From Lysobacteraceae bacterium (GTDB taxonomy: Bacteria; Bdellovibrionota; UBA1018; JAGTJX01), in the NCBI GenBank assembly GCA_023657465.1, contig JAGTJX010000004.1:154904-218903 (forward strand): a stretch of DNA of 64,000 bases, read 5' to 3'. Under the pieces are notes generated by a model. That model did not search any database and was not told the origin of the DNA. It saw only the letters and a program-made list of their open reading frames with translations. Position numbers and translations under genes: made by a program. Below, piece by piece: positions 1 to 8,842 of this stretch (position 1 is the stretch's first letter; each line of letters opens with the position of its first letter).

Positions 1-1
1 T

Positions 2-1303
2 CCATGCGCCATGCAGGAACTTCGTAGATGCAATAACGACGAGGACGATTCCAGTCGTTACAGCACCAAGAGCATTGATAGCAATTCCTTTTCTCCAGTG
101 GAGTTCTTTATGTCTCAAGTGATGTACCACCATTCCAGATTGGGAGAGAGTGAAGCTCAAGAAAACTCCGACTGCATACAGAGGAATCAGATGGTGGGTG
201 TCTCCTCCAACGAAGTAAATCAGCATGATCGAGCAAAAGCTTAAGCCCAATACTCCGTTAGAAAACACAAGACGATCGCCTTGGCTTGCAAGTTGTCTAG
301 GGAGATAGCGATCTCTAGCAAGTAGTGAGCTCAATCTAGGGAAGTCAGCGTAAGAAGTATTAGCAGCTAGCATCAGAATCAGAGCCACTGAAATCTGAAG
401 TACGTAGTATAAGTAGTTATCGCCAAAAACAGATCGAGCTAAGCTCGAAATGACAGTTTCTCCGTTGCCCGGAACGATATTAAACCAGTGAGCTAAAACA
501 GTCATTCCAATGAAGACGGTTCCTAATATCACTGACATCCAAGAAAGTGTGATTCTTGCGTTCCTTTGTGCGGGGGAGCGAAAGAGCGGGATTCCGTTTG
601 AAATTGCCTCTACTCCCGTAAGAGCAGCACAGCCCGAAGCAAAGGCTCTTAAGATCAAAAAGAGCCCAATTTCAGGATAGATTTGGTGAGTAACCGGGAC
701 GATGTTTGCGACTTGTTCTGTGAAAACTTTATAAAAACCAACACTGAGCATGGTAAACATTGAAAAAATAAAAAAGTATGTGGGATATGCAAAAATTCCA
801 GAAGACTCGCGCACTCCTCTTAAGTTAGTTAGCATGATGACGAGGATCAGAGCAGAGTCGATTACAATTCTCCACTGACCTAAAGCTGGAAAAGCTGAAA
901 CAATGTTTTCAACACCTGCTGAAACTGACACGGCGACAGTCAGTACGTAGTCAATGAGAAGGGCGCCACCTGCAACAAGCCCAGCTGTTTCTCCTAAGTT
1001 TTCCTTAGCTACGATGTAGGCACCTCCACCGTTTGGATAAGCTTTGATCGTTTGGTGGTAAGAAATCGTAAGAATCAGTAGAAGTGCAATAATCGCGAGT
1101 GAAATCGGAATAGACCAAATCATCGCAGCTGTTGCCACTGCTGCAAGCGGAATGAGAATTTCTTCAGTGGCGTAAGCTACAGAGGAAAGAGCATCTGATG
1201 AGAGAACTGCAAGAGCTTTCCACTTTGGAATCAGTTCTTGGTGAGCTTTTTGTGTGGCAATCGGTGCACCGATAATGAATCGTTTGATTTTTCCAAAACC
1301 CAT
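2..1303 (-). CDS. APC family permease, KimA/YdaO-like potassium transporter (3' end runs off the window)
   Basis: Not in the ORF track; manual translation from ATG at 1303 gives MGFGKIKRFIIGAPIATQKAHQELIPKWKALAVLSSDALSSVAYATEEIL, the SDALSSVAY signature of the KimA/YdaO family, followed by hydrophobic helices. Confidence 0.85.
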   Translation of the reverse strand, partial: MGFGKIKRFIIGAPIATQKAHQELIPKWKALAVLSSDALSSVAYATEEILIPLAAVATAAMIWSIPISLAIIALLLILTISYHQTIKAYPNGGGAYIVAKENLGETAGLVAGGALLIDYVLTVAVSVSAGVENIVSAFPALGQWRIVIDSALILVIMLTNLRGVRESSGIFAYPTYFFIFSMFTMLSVGFYKVFTEQVANIVPVTHQIYPEIGLFLILRAFASGCAALTGVEAISNGIPLFRSPAQRNARITLSWMSVILGTVFIGMTVLAHWFNIVPGNGETVISSLARSVFGDNYLYYVLQISVALILMLAANTSYADFPRLSSLLARDRYLPRQLASQGDRLVFSNGVLGLSFCSIMLIYFVGGDTHHLIPLYAVGVFLSFTLSQSGMVVHHLRHKELHWRKGIAINALGAVTTGIVLVVIASTKFLHGAW

Positions 1304-1333
1304 TGAATTATGCGTCCTTTATAACGTTTTCAT

Positions 1334-1368
1334 AAAAAAACCGGCTTGGGTCAATACCCAAACCGGTT
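1334..1368 (-). terminator. Rho-independent terminator after recA
   Basis: Minus strand CCGGTTTGGG-TATTGA-CCCAAGCCGG followed by T7, about 25 nt past the recA stop. Confidence 0.85.
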
Positions 1369-1392
1369 TAGTTTTCTAATATTTTCTAACGA

Positions 1393-2583
1393 TTATCGTT
1401 TGCCGTTTAGCTGAGGTGCGGCTTTGACGTTAGCAGCAGCGGTTGCAGACTTAGCAACAACTGGAGCGCCCGTTGCTGAAACTGCAGGACCTGCAGAAAA
1501 TGCACCGGACACAGGGAGCTTCGCACCAGACTGCTCTGCAGTCTGGTGCTCAATTTTTCCTACGCCAGATTTTGCTAGAACAGCAGTGCGGATCTCAGTT
1601 TGAGCGTCTTTGTGCTCTTTCAGCCATTTGATAGAGTTGTCACGACCTTGGCCGAGACGCTCGTCTTTATAGGTGTACCAAGTTCCGGATTTCTCGATGA
1701 TGTCGAAGTTTGCACCTGCATCAAGAAGATCACCTTCTTTGGAGATTCCTTCACCATAGAGGATGTCGAATTCGACTTCTTTGAAAGGTGGAGCCATTTT
1801 GTTTTTCACGACTTTCACGCGTGTGCGGTTACCGATGACGTTTTCGCCATCTTTCAGAGCGCCGATTCTACGAATGTCCAAACGAACAGATGCGTAGAAT
1901 TTGAGAGCGTTACCACCCGTAGTGGTCTCAGGGTTACCGAACATCACGCCGATTTTCATACGGAGCTGGTTGATGAAGATCACGAGAGTCTTCGAGCGAT
2001 TGATCGATCCAGTGAGTTTACGAAGCGCCTGACTCATGAGACGAGCTTGGAGACCCATGTGTGAGTCACCCATGTCGCCTTCGAGTTCTGCGCGTGGAAC
2101 GAGAGCTGCCACTGAGTCGACGACTAAGAGGTCTACTCCGCCAGAGCGCACGAGCATGTCTGCGATTTCAAGAGCTTGTTCACCTGCATCTGGCTGAGAG
2201 ATGAGGAGGTCGTCTGTCTTCACGCCTAATTTGCGTGCATAACCGACATCAAGAGCGTGCTCAGCATCAACGAATGCTGCTGTTCCGCCTTGTTTTTGAA
2301 TTTCTGCAATCGCGTGAAGCGCGAGAGTGGTTTTACCTGAAGATTCAGGTCCGTAAATTTCGATGATTCTTCCGCGTGGGAGTCCGCCGATTCCTAGAGC
2401 AAGATCGAGGCTCAATGATCCTGTGGAAACCACAGCGAGATCAGCTGGAACGAGAGTTTCGTTCTCACCTAAGCGCATGATCGAACCTTTGCCGAATTGC
2501 TTCTCAATCGCTTGCATTGCAAGTTCGATTGCTTTGTTTTTACTGCCTTCTAATGCTTTGTTAGTATCTTGTTTAAGATCCAT
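1393..2583 (-). CDS. recA: Recombinase RecA
   Basis: GPESSGKTT Walker [32 protein letters not shown] 2583 has a GAAGGAAG SD. Confidence 0.98.
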   Translation of the reverse strand: MDLKQDTNKALEGSKNKAIELAMQAIEKQFGKGSIMRLGENETLVPADLAVVSTGSLSLDLALGIGGLPRGRIIEIYGPESSGKTTLALHAIAEIQKQGGTAAFVDAEHALDVGYARKLGVKTDDLLISQPDAGEQALEIADMLVRSGGVDLLVVDSVAALVPRAELEGDMGDSHMGLQARLMSQALRKLTGSINRSKTLVIFINQLRMKIGVMFGNPETTTGGNALKFYASVRLDIRRIGALKDGENVIGNRTRVKVVKNKMAPPFKEVEFDILYGEGISKEGDLLDAGANFDIIEKSGTWYTYKDERLGQGRDNSIKWLKEHKDAQTEIRTAVLAKSGVGKIEHQTAEQSGAKLPVSGAFSAGPAVSATGAPVVAKSATAAANVKAAPQLNGKR

Positions 2584-2753
2584 TTTTTCTTCCTTCGTTT
2601 TGTATAAGCACTCCACCATGAAGTGCTTGTCATCCTTGCTCTGCAAAATCTGTGCGGCGAATTTACGGTACCACCACGTGGGGTGCGCGCAACAAAAATG
2701 TCTGACATAATGCGGGGTGTTTTTTGGTGAGTTGAGGGTGGGATCGCGTAGGA

Positions 2754-3293
2754 TTAATTTAAATGAAAGTATGACTGAATAAAATACATGACAGTGAGCG
2801 TTTGGAGTCCCGCAATAATATCATCTGCGATCACTCCGAAGCCTCGCACATACTTCCATTCGTTCGTCGTAGTTTTGGACCATTGGTCGATTTTCCGGAC
2901 TGGCGGAAGCTTAAGAATGTCGAAAAACCTGAAGAGAAAAAATGCGATCGTGAGTGAAGTGAGATTGCCTTGACAGGTAAGTGCGCCGATTGCCATGCCG
3001 ATGACTTCGTCGATGACGATGGACTGGTGGTCAGACGTGTGGGTCAAGTTCACCACTTGTTGTGCAGCCCAGGAGCCGATGATGGTGAGGATGAGAATGT
3101 TGATGATCTGGAATGCGGTCGAGGTTTGTGAAACTTGAAGGAGCCAGACCATTGCAAGACCGACAACTGAACCCGCCGTACCTGGAGCGTAGGGTGAGAG
3201 CCCTGCTCCACCTGCGAGTGCGACTGTGACGCCGATCAATTGATCGATGGTCTTGATCTCACACCAGGGGATGGGGGGTTTTTTAGAGGACAT
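2754..3293 (-). CDS. pgpA: Phosphatidylglycerophosphatase A
   Basis: APGTAGS, [26 protein letters not shown] motifs. Confidence 0.92.
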   Translation of the reverse strand: MSSKKPPIPWCEIKTIDQLIGVTVALAGGAGLSPYAPGTAGSVVGLAMVWLLQVSQTSTAFQIINILILTIIGSWAAQQVVNLTHTSDHQSIVIDEVIGMAIGALTCQGNLTSLTIAFFLFRFFDILKLPPVRKIDQWSKTTTNEWKYVRGFGVIADDIIAGLQTLTVMYFIQSYFHLN

Positions 3294-3355
3294 GAGTTCA
3301 TTCTACACGGGTCTGAGTTGATAGCGAGAGTCTCAATTGAGTGCGTGAGGTGTTG

Positions 3356-3426
3356 TTTCCAAAAACCGGAAATATAGATTGTTCTCGATTCAGTTACCCC
3401 TGCTTTATTTCCAAAAATAGGAAGTA
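3356..3426 (+). repeat. Two short imperfect palindromic repeats (REP-like) upstream of the RAYT-like gene
   Basis: TTTCCAAAAACCGGAAATA (3356-3374) and TTTCCAAAAATAGGAAGTA (3408-3426). Confidence 0.5.
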
Positions 3427-3455
3427 GCCATCCTCGCAGTGATTCGCGGCGGTGT

Positions 3456-3470
3456 TGGCACTCAAATTGC
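3456..3470 (+). promoter_or_regulatory. Sigma54 (-24/-12) promoter
   Basis: TGGCAC-TCAAA-TTGC, exact GG-N10-GC spacing, 15 nt upstream of ATG 3486. Confidence 0.65.
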
Positions 3471-3485
3471 TGAGTGGAGTTCCAT

Positions 3486-4259
3486 ATGTGGAATCACAAT
3501 GTGCTCCGAACGTCTCATGGTTTGTCTTTGTTCAGTGACCCTCTCATCGCTGAGGAGAGCTGGAGGTTTCTATCAGAACCGAGAGGCGACATAGCATCAC
3601 TTATCTTGATGCCGAATCACACTCATCTCATTTCGAAGTCGATTGATGCGCAGGATCTATTGTTATCGCTTCGTCAAAGAATCAATCGGAAATTTGGTTT
3701 TGGAGTCCGAAATTGGGACGGAATCACCAAATCCGAGACCATTGCAGATGTTGTGAAACTACGGAGGAGCATTCGCTATGTACATTTGAATCCCGCAAGG
3801 GCGGGTTTGACTCGTGATCCTCTCTTATGGCGATGGTCTACACATAGAGATTGGCTGGGTTATGTATCTCAACCTATTGTTTCGGCTGATGCGATTCATG
3901 CTATGGGTTTTTTAAAGACCAGGGAGAAGTTTCATCATTACGTGAGCGCTGACCCTTCGGTGGATGTTGCTGGAACGCTATTGCCAAAAGCTCCAGAAGT
4001 TTTAGCGCTAAGCCTAGATAGGTTAAAGTCTGTGCTACAAACTTATTATCGATGTTCTTTAGTAGAGTTGGCGGAACCGAGGCATCCTCTCAAAGCGAAA
4101 GCCGTTCCTCTTGTAATCCAGACATTAGAATTAAAGGAAGAAATAGCTGCGAAACTATTTCAGGTCTCTACTAGACAAATTAGAAACCTATCGCACTTAC
4201 CGGTATCAGAAATAATCAAGCAGCGGTTCAAAGAAATGGTTGGAGACCTTAGGTTTTAA
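3486..4259 (+). CDS. REP-associated tyrosine transposase-like (RAYT, Y1 HUH nuclease) with possible C-terminal HTH
   Basis: LMPNHTHLI (HUH), YVHLNPARAGL and WRWST motifs typical of RAYT/Y1_Tnp. Confidence 0.8.
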   Translation: MWNHNVLRTSHGLSLFSDPLIAEESWRFLSEPRGDIASLILMPNHTHLISKSIDAQDLLLSLRQRINRKFGFGVRNWDGITKSETIADVVKLRRSIRYVHLNPARAGLTRDPLLWRWSTHRDWLGYVSQPIVSADAIHAMGFLKTREKFHHYVSADPSVDVAGTLLPKAPEVLALSLDRLKSVLQTYYRCSLVELAEPRHPLKAKAVPLVIQTLELKEEIAAKLFQVSTRQIRNLSHLPVSEIIKQRFKEMVGDLRF

Positions 4260-4292
4260 ATCCGTTTATGCGTCTATGGAATTGATAAGCGT

Positions 4293-5105
4293 CTAAATCC
4301 TAAACATCGCCTTGGCATTAGCACTGGTCACGCGAGCCACTTCATCGAGAGTGACCCCCTTAAGCTCTGCGAGTTTCACAGCCGTGTACCTCACCATCGC
4401 AGGCTCGCACTTCTTCCCGCGCATAGGGATGGGAGCCAGATACGGAGAGTCGGTCTCGACCATGAGTTTCTCCAGAGGAAATGCACGTGCGCACTCCTGG
4501 AGGTCCGTCGCACTCTTAAAGGTGAGTATTCCAGAAAATGAAATGAGGAAACCTAAGTTCATGCACGCTTCGCCGAAGGCACGAGTTCCTGTGAAGCAGT
4601 GAATAGCACCAATGGGCCGTGGAGTTCCGTCTTTGTTTTTTTCTCCCTGCGGAAAGGACTTGGCGTACATCGTGAGCTCAGGCAGTAAGTCTTCCTCTGC
4701 TTCACGTGAGTGAACCACGATGGGTTGTCCTACTTTGAGTGCAAGATCGAGCTGGTCGCGGAGTCGTTTGATCTGAGGTTCACGAGCAGAGTGCTTGTAA
4801 TAATAGTCGAGGCCGATCTCGCCGATCGCTCTGCACTTCTTGTGACGAGCGAACTTCTCGAGCACAGCGATGTCTTCGTCCTTCATGGTTTCAGATTCGT
4901 GAGGGTGCACGCCAGCAGTGAAGTAAACATTGGCGTACTTCTCTGCGATCTCACTCGTTGCCTGTAGGGTTGCGATCTCAGTACCGATCGTGACCATGTG
5001 AGAGACGCCAGACTCAGTCGCTTCACGCACAAGATCGTCAGTCGACTTAGGTGTGTACTCATAGTTTAAGTGGCAGTGAGAATCGATCAGTGTGGGTTCA
5101 GCCAT
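4293..5105 (-). CDS. tatD: TatD family nuclease
   Basis: IDSHCHL, GVHPH, IGEIGLDY, HCFTG, ETDSPYLAP. Confidence 0.95.
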   Translation of the reverse strand: MAEPTLIDSHCHLNYEYTPKSTDDLVREATESGVSHMVTIGTEIATLQATSEIAEKYANVYFTAGVHPHESETMKDEDIAVLEKFARHKKCRAIGEIGLDYYYKHSAREPQIKRLRDQLDLALKVGQPIVVHSREAEEDLLPELTMYAKSFPQGEKNKDGTPRPIGAIHCFTGTRAFGEACMNLGFLISFSGILTFKSATDLQECARAFPLEKLMVETDSPYLAPIPMRGKKCEPAMVRYTAVKLAELKGVTLDEVARVTSANAKAMFRI

Positions 5106-5126
5106 ATTTAGAAATTTGCCTCAGCA

Positions 5127-6281
5127 CTACTTCTTAAGAAGTCTCTCGACGAGAATTTTCCATGCAGGTGCTGGAAGTCCGCCTGTAATCAAGATTCCAT
5201 TCACATAGAACGTAGGTGTTGATCCAATGCCTAGAGCAATACCCTCTTCGATTTGTTTGTTCAGGCGACCGGCAGTTTCTGCAGATGCTGCACAAGCTTT
5301 GAGTGAAGAATCGTTCACACCGTGAGAGGTCAAGACTGCAAAAATATCCGTCCCCACTTTAGAGACGAGCTTCTGATTATCAAAGAATGTTTCGTAGACC
5401 TTCTCCATCAGTCCACGCGACTGAGCGCAGAGTCCAATGCGAGCGAGTTCACACGCACGCTGGTGCAAGGGGCGAGTGATTTTGCGATTACAAGCTTGAT
5501 CAAGAGGATGGTTCTTGAACACGAATTTAATTTTGTCATGGTACTCGCTTAATATCGGATGCACTGCTTGTGCACCCATTTTGCAAGCTGGACATTCGAA
5601 GTCACTGAACTTAATAATCGTGATCGGAGCATTCTCAGGTCCAGAGATGACTTCGTCCTTCGTATAGCTGACAGCCACAGGTTTAGTGAGCATGATGCTG
5701 TCGATGTACTCGTTCATCTGAGTGGGTGTGACATCCACGAGCGGGTTCATGGACCTGGAGAGGAACCACATGATGGCAAGTGACCCCAGGCCAGCTCCTA
5801 CGGCATGTTTCCATAGTGGAGTGTCGTTAGAAACAGGGATTCCGTTTTGTTTCTGTGCTGAGAATAGAATAGCGAAGTTCACTGCGTTGATCAGATCAAG
5901 CGAGAGGCAAAGAATACACCAGGACTTAATGACTACAGCCATGATCCCCAGATAAACAGCGGATGCTCCTAGAGACACAATGCTCTGGAAAAAAGCAAAC
6001 CGAGCAGCGGCTCTTGAGTTGGAAACGAGAGCCATCAGTAAGAGAGCGAATTGAGCGAATAACCATCCAGCTGCGAGTCCAGAGAGTGGAATGCCTGCGA
6101 TGAGTTCTGCGTAGCGGGAGGTTTCGATGGCGACACAATCGAAGGAACCTACTTGGCAGAAGGATTTGAGGCCACCCATTCCTGAGCGGAGTTGGTAGTA
6201 ATGATTGGTTTGATAAACAGAAACGGCCGCACCAACAAATGTCAGAGCAGCCGCTATGAGTAGCTTCCTTGATTTAGTCAT
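5127..6281 (-). CDS. VKOR-domain / DsbA-thioredoxin fusion
   Basis: N-terminal membrane domain with C-x5-C and CILC; C-terminal FSDFECPAC and STPTFYVNG. Confidence 0.88.
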   Translation of the reverse strand: MTKSRKLLIAAALTFVGAAVSVYQTNHYYQLRSGMGGLKSFCQVGSFDCVAIETSRYAELIAGIPLSGLAAGWLFAQFALLLMALVSNSRAAARFAFFQSIVSLGASAVYLGIMAVVIKSWCILCLSLDLINAVNFAILFSAQKQNGIPVSNDTPLWKHAVGAGLGSLAIMWFLSRSMNPLVDVTPTQMNEYIDSIMLTKPVAVSYTKDEVISGPENAPITIIKFSDFECPACKMGAQAVHPILSEYHDKIKFVFKNHPLDQACNRKITRPLHQRACELARIGLCAQSRGLMEKVYETFFDNQKLVSKVGTDIFAVLTSHGVNDSSLKACAASAETAGRLNKQIEEGIALGIGSTPTFYVNGILITGGLPAPAWKILVERLLKK

Positions 6282-6308
6282 GAGGTCATCCTAACCTCAG
6301 AACGCATA

Positions 6309-6671
6309 TTATGCGTAAATTTTTTCTGCGCGTTCTTCACGTTCTTTGCATGCAATGCAAAGAGTCGAAACCGGACGTGCTTCGAGGCGTTTGCGCTCGA
6401 TTGGCTCTTCGCAGTCATCGCACATTCCAAAACTACCGGAATCGATGCGTGAAAGAGCATAGTCAATTTTACTAAGTAATTGACGTTCTCTGTCGCGTAA
6501 TCGGAACAGTAAGCTTTGTGTGAGTTCGCTTGCAGCGAGATCAGTTTCATCAGCAAGCTCTTCTTGCGGAATGACTAGGTCTGCTTTTACAGCGGTTTGA
6601 ATACTTGCAGCTAGTCGAGCTTTTTCGCTCTCCAGCATTTTCTTGAACTTCGTTATCGATCGTGCGTCCAT
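6309..6671 (-). CDS. dksA: DksA/TraR C4-type zinc finger protein
   Basis: DETDLA coiled-coil tip, FGMCDDC, RLEARP, LCIACK. Confidence 0.88.
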   Translation of the reverse strand: MDARSITKFKKMLESEKARLAASIQTAVKADLVIPQEELADETDLAASELTQSLLFRLRDRERQLLSKIDYALSRIDSGSFGMCDDCEEPIERKRLEARPVSTLCIACKEREERAEKIYA

Positions 6672-6862
6672 GGTTTCCCACCCCCCGTGGTCATTTGACT
6701 TCGTTTTCCTGTAAAGCCAACTACTTACTTCCTGTAAAAATTCTAACACAGTTGTCTAGAGCTGCATGTCAGTCTAGCTACAATCCTAAAAACGTCAATT
6801 ATTTTTTATAAGGCTTTATAAGAATGATGTTCAGTTTTCATTTGTGCTACATTTTTTAGCCT

Positions 6863-7510
6863 ATGTTACATGCGTGGATTACGACTTGGTTTGGGTGGGT
6901 TGAGCATTGGGGTTACGGCGGAGTTATCGTCCTGATGGCTATGGAAAGTTCGATTTTTCCCGTTCCGAGTGAAATCGTCATGCCACCTGCTGCGTTCTGG
7001 GCTGCTCAAGGCAAAATGAATTTCTGGGGAGTCGTCGCTGCAGGTACATTTGGTTCATACATGGGATCAGCGATTACCTATTGGGTTGCTCAATGGGTCG
7101 GCCGTCCATTCATTAATCGATATGGAAAATATTTTTTGCTCAAGCCTTCACAGATCAACAGTGCAGAAGGTTGGATCAGAGACTTCGGTGTCACCGGAGT
7201 CTTCATCGCGCGTCTCTTGCCAGTCATCCGTCACTTGATCTCGATCCCTGCTGGGATATTCAAGATGAACTTCACTTCGTTCAGTGTAGTCACCATCACA
7301 GGAGCCGGGTTCTGGTGTTTCATCCTCTCGTGGTTTGGTGAAGCGGTCATTGGACAGAATCCTGAGCTACTTCAATCGCCGGCTCAGATGTCTCACGTGA
7401 TTAAAGCGAAGCTCCTCTGGTTCGTGGCTGCGGTCTTCGTACTAGGAGCAATGACAATGCTCGTGAAAATCAAAATGAAAAAAATGAATCCTAGTGGAGC
7501 ACGTTCGTGA
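6863..7510 (+). CDS. DedA family membrane protein
   Basis: ESSIFPVPSEIV, RLLPVIRHLISIPAG. Confidence 0.92.
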   Translation: MLHAWITTWFGWVEHWGYGGVIVLMAMESSIFPVPSEIVMPPAAFWAAQGKMNFWGVVAAGTFGSYMGSAITYWVAQWVGRPFINRYGKYFLLKPSQINSAEGWIRDFGVTGVFIARLLPVIRHLISIPAGIFKMNFTSFSVVTITGAGFWCFILSWFGEAVIGQNPELLQSPAQMSHVIKAKLLWFVAAVFVLGAMTMLVKIKMKKMNPSGARS

Positions 7511-8838
7511 GTTTTAATGCCATCATCTTAGCTGCAGGTCAGGGCAAGAGAATGCATTCAGACTTGCCGAAAGTTTGCCACGAAGTTATGGGTCGCCCGA
7601 TGGTGCTTCATGTGTACCATCAACTGAAGAAAGCTGATCCTAGTGCGAGCATCTGTGTGGTCATCGGACATGGACGCGAAGAAGTGAAGAAGTGTTTCAA
7701 GGGTCTTGATGTTTCATTCGCAGTGCAGGAGCAACAACTTGGAACAGGACATGCAGTTCAACAGGCTTTGAATTCTCCATGGGGTGGGAAAATTGGGAAA
7801 GCTCCAGTACTCGTACTCTCTGGAGACACGCCACTCATCACGAGTGAGGCGATCCAAGCGATTGCAGGAGAGAAGTTAGGCAAGACAGTGGTCAGAATGC
7901 TCACGACTCATCTCGATAATCCTACTGGCTATGGACGTGTGATCCGCAAAGGCAAGTCCGTGAAGGCTGTAGTAGAGCAGAAGGATGCAAGCCCAGCGCA
8001 ACAGAAAATCCGTGAAGTGAACACAGGCGTGTATCTTTTTGATTCCGCTTTCCTCCGTGCAAACATCAATCTGATTAATAATAGAAATTCGCAAAGCGAA
8101 TTTTACTTACCCGATGTACTGGGTATTGCAGTGAAGAAGCAGAAACCAGTCGAAGGCGTCATCTACAGCGAGTCCCGAGATCTCTCTGGCGTGAACAATC
8201 CTTGGGAGCTCTCGCTAGCGAATCAAGTGATGGCTGGGAGGATTAACCGCGGACATGCAATGAATGGTGTGTTCTTCATAGATCCAGGCGAAGTCTGGAT
8301 TGATATTGATGTGGAGATTGCATCTGGAACGAAGATTGAACCCAACGTCATCCTCCGTGGAAAAACGGTGATTGGATCCCGCGTGCATCTCAAGGCAGGA
8401 ACCATCATCGCAGATTCTCGCGTGGACTCAGATGCGAGTTTGGGTCCTTATGCCCACATTAGACCTGAGTCGCATGTGGGTAAAGGTGCTAAGATTGGAA
8501 ACTTCGTTGAGCTCAAGAAGGCACGTATCGGAGAGAAGACTGCGATTTCACATCTCTCTTACATTGGTGATGCCATAGTAGGTTCACTTGTGAATATTGG
8601 ATGTGGATTCGTCACTTGTAATTACGATGGTAAGTCGAAACATCAAACCATCATCGAAGATGAAGTTTTTATGGGAAGTGATTGCCAGGTCATAGCTCCT
8701 CTCAAAGTAGGTCTGGGGGCTTATGTCGCTTCCGGCTCAACCCTGACTAAGGATGTACCTGCAGGTTCACTCGCAATTGCTCGTACTCGTCAGGAAAACA
8801 AACTGGATTACGCCAAAAAATTTAAGAAAGGTTCATAA
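7507..8838 (+). CDS. glmU: Bifunctional UDP-GlcNAc pyrophosphorylase / glucosamine-1-P acetyltransferase
   Basis: LAAGQGKRM, QLGTGHAV, GNFVELK, TCNYDG and hexapeptide repeats; adjacent to glmS. Confidence 0.96.
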   Translation: MSFNAIILAAGQGKRMHSDLPKVCHEVMGRPMVLHVYHQLKKADPSASICVVIGHGREEVKKCFKGLDVSFAVQEQQLGTGHAVQQALNSPWGGKIGKAPVLVLSGDTPLITSEAIQAIAGEKLGKTVVRMLTTHLDNPTGYGRVIRKGKSVKAVVEQKDASPAQQKIREVNTGVYLFDSAFLRANINLINNRNSQSEFYLPDVLGIAVKKQKPVEGVIYSESRDLSGVNNPWELSLANQVMAGRINRGHAMNGVFFIDPGEVWIDIDVEIASGTKIEPNVILRGKTVIGSRVHLKAGTIIADSRVDSDASLGPYAHIRPESHVGKGAKIGNFVELKKARIGEKTAISHLSYIGDAIVGSLVNIGCGFVTCNYDGKSKHQTIIEDEVFMGSDCQVIAPLKVGLGAYVASGSTLTKDVPAGSLAIARTRQENKLDYAKKFKKGS

Positions 8839-8842
8839 GCCT

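Noticed and set aside
1304..1392. c-di-AMP (ydaO) riboswitch upstream of the kimA-like gene
   Set aside because: The gap is under 90 nt and mostly the recA terminator; no room or motif
8753..8842. glmS ribozyme or longer glmS N-terminus
   Set aside because: glmS starts 4 nt after the glmU stop, and the enzyme needs the Met-Cys start at 8843
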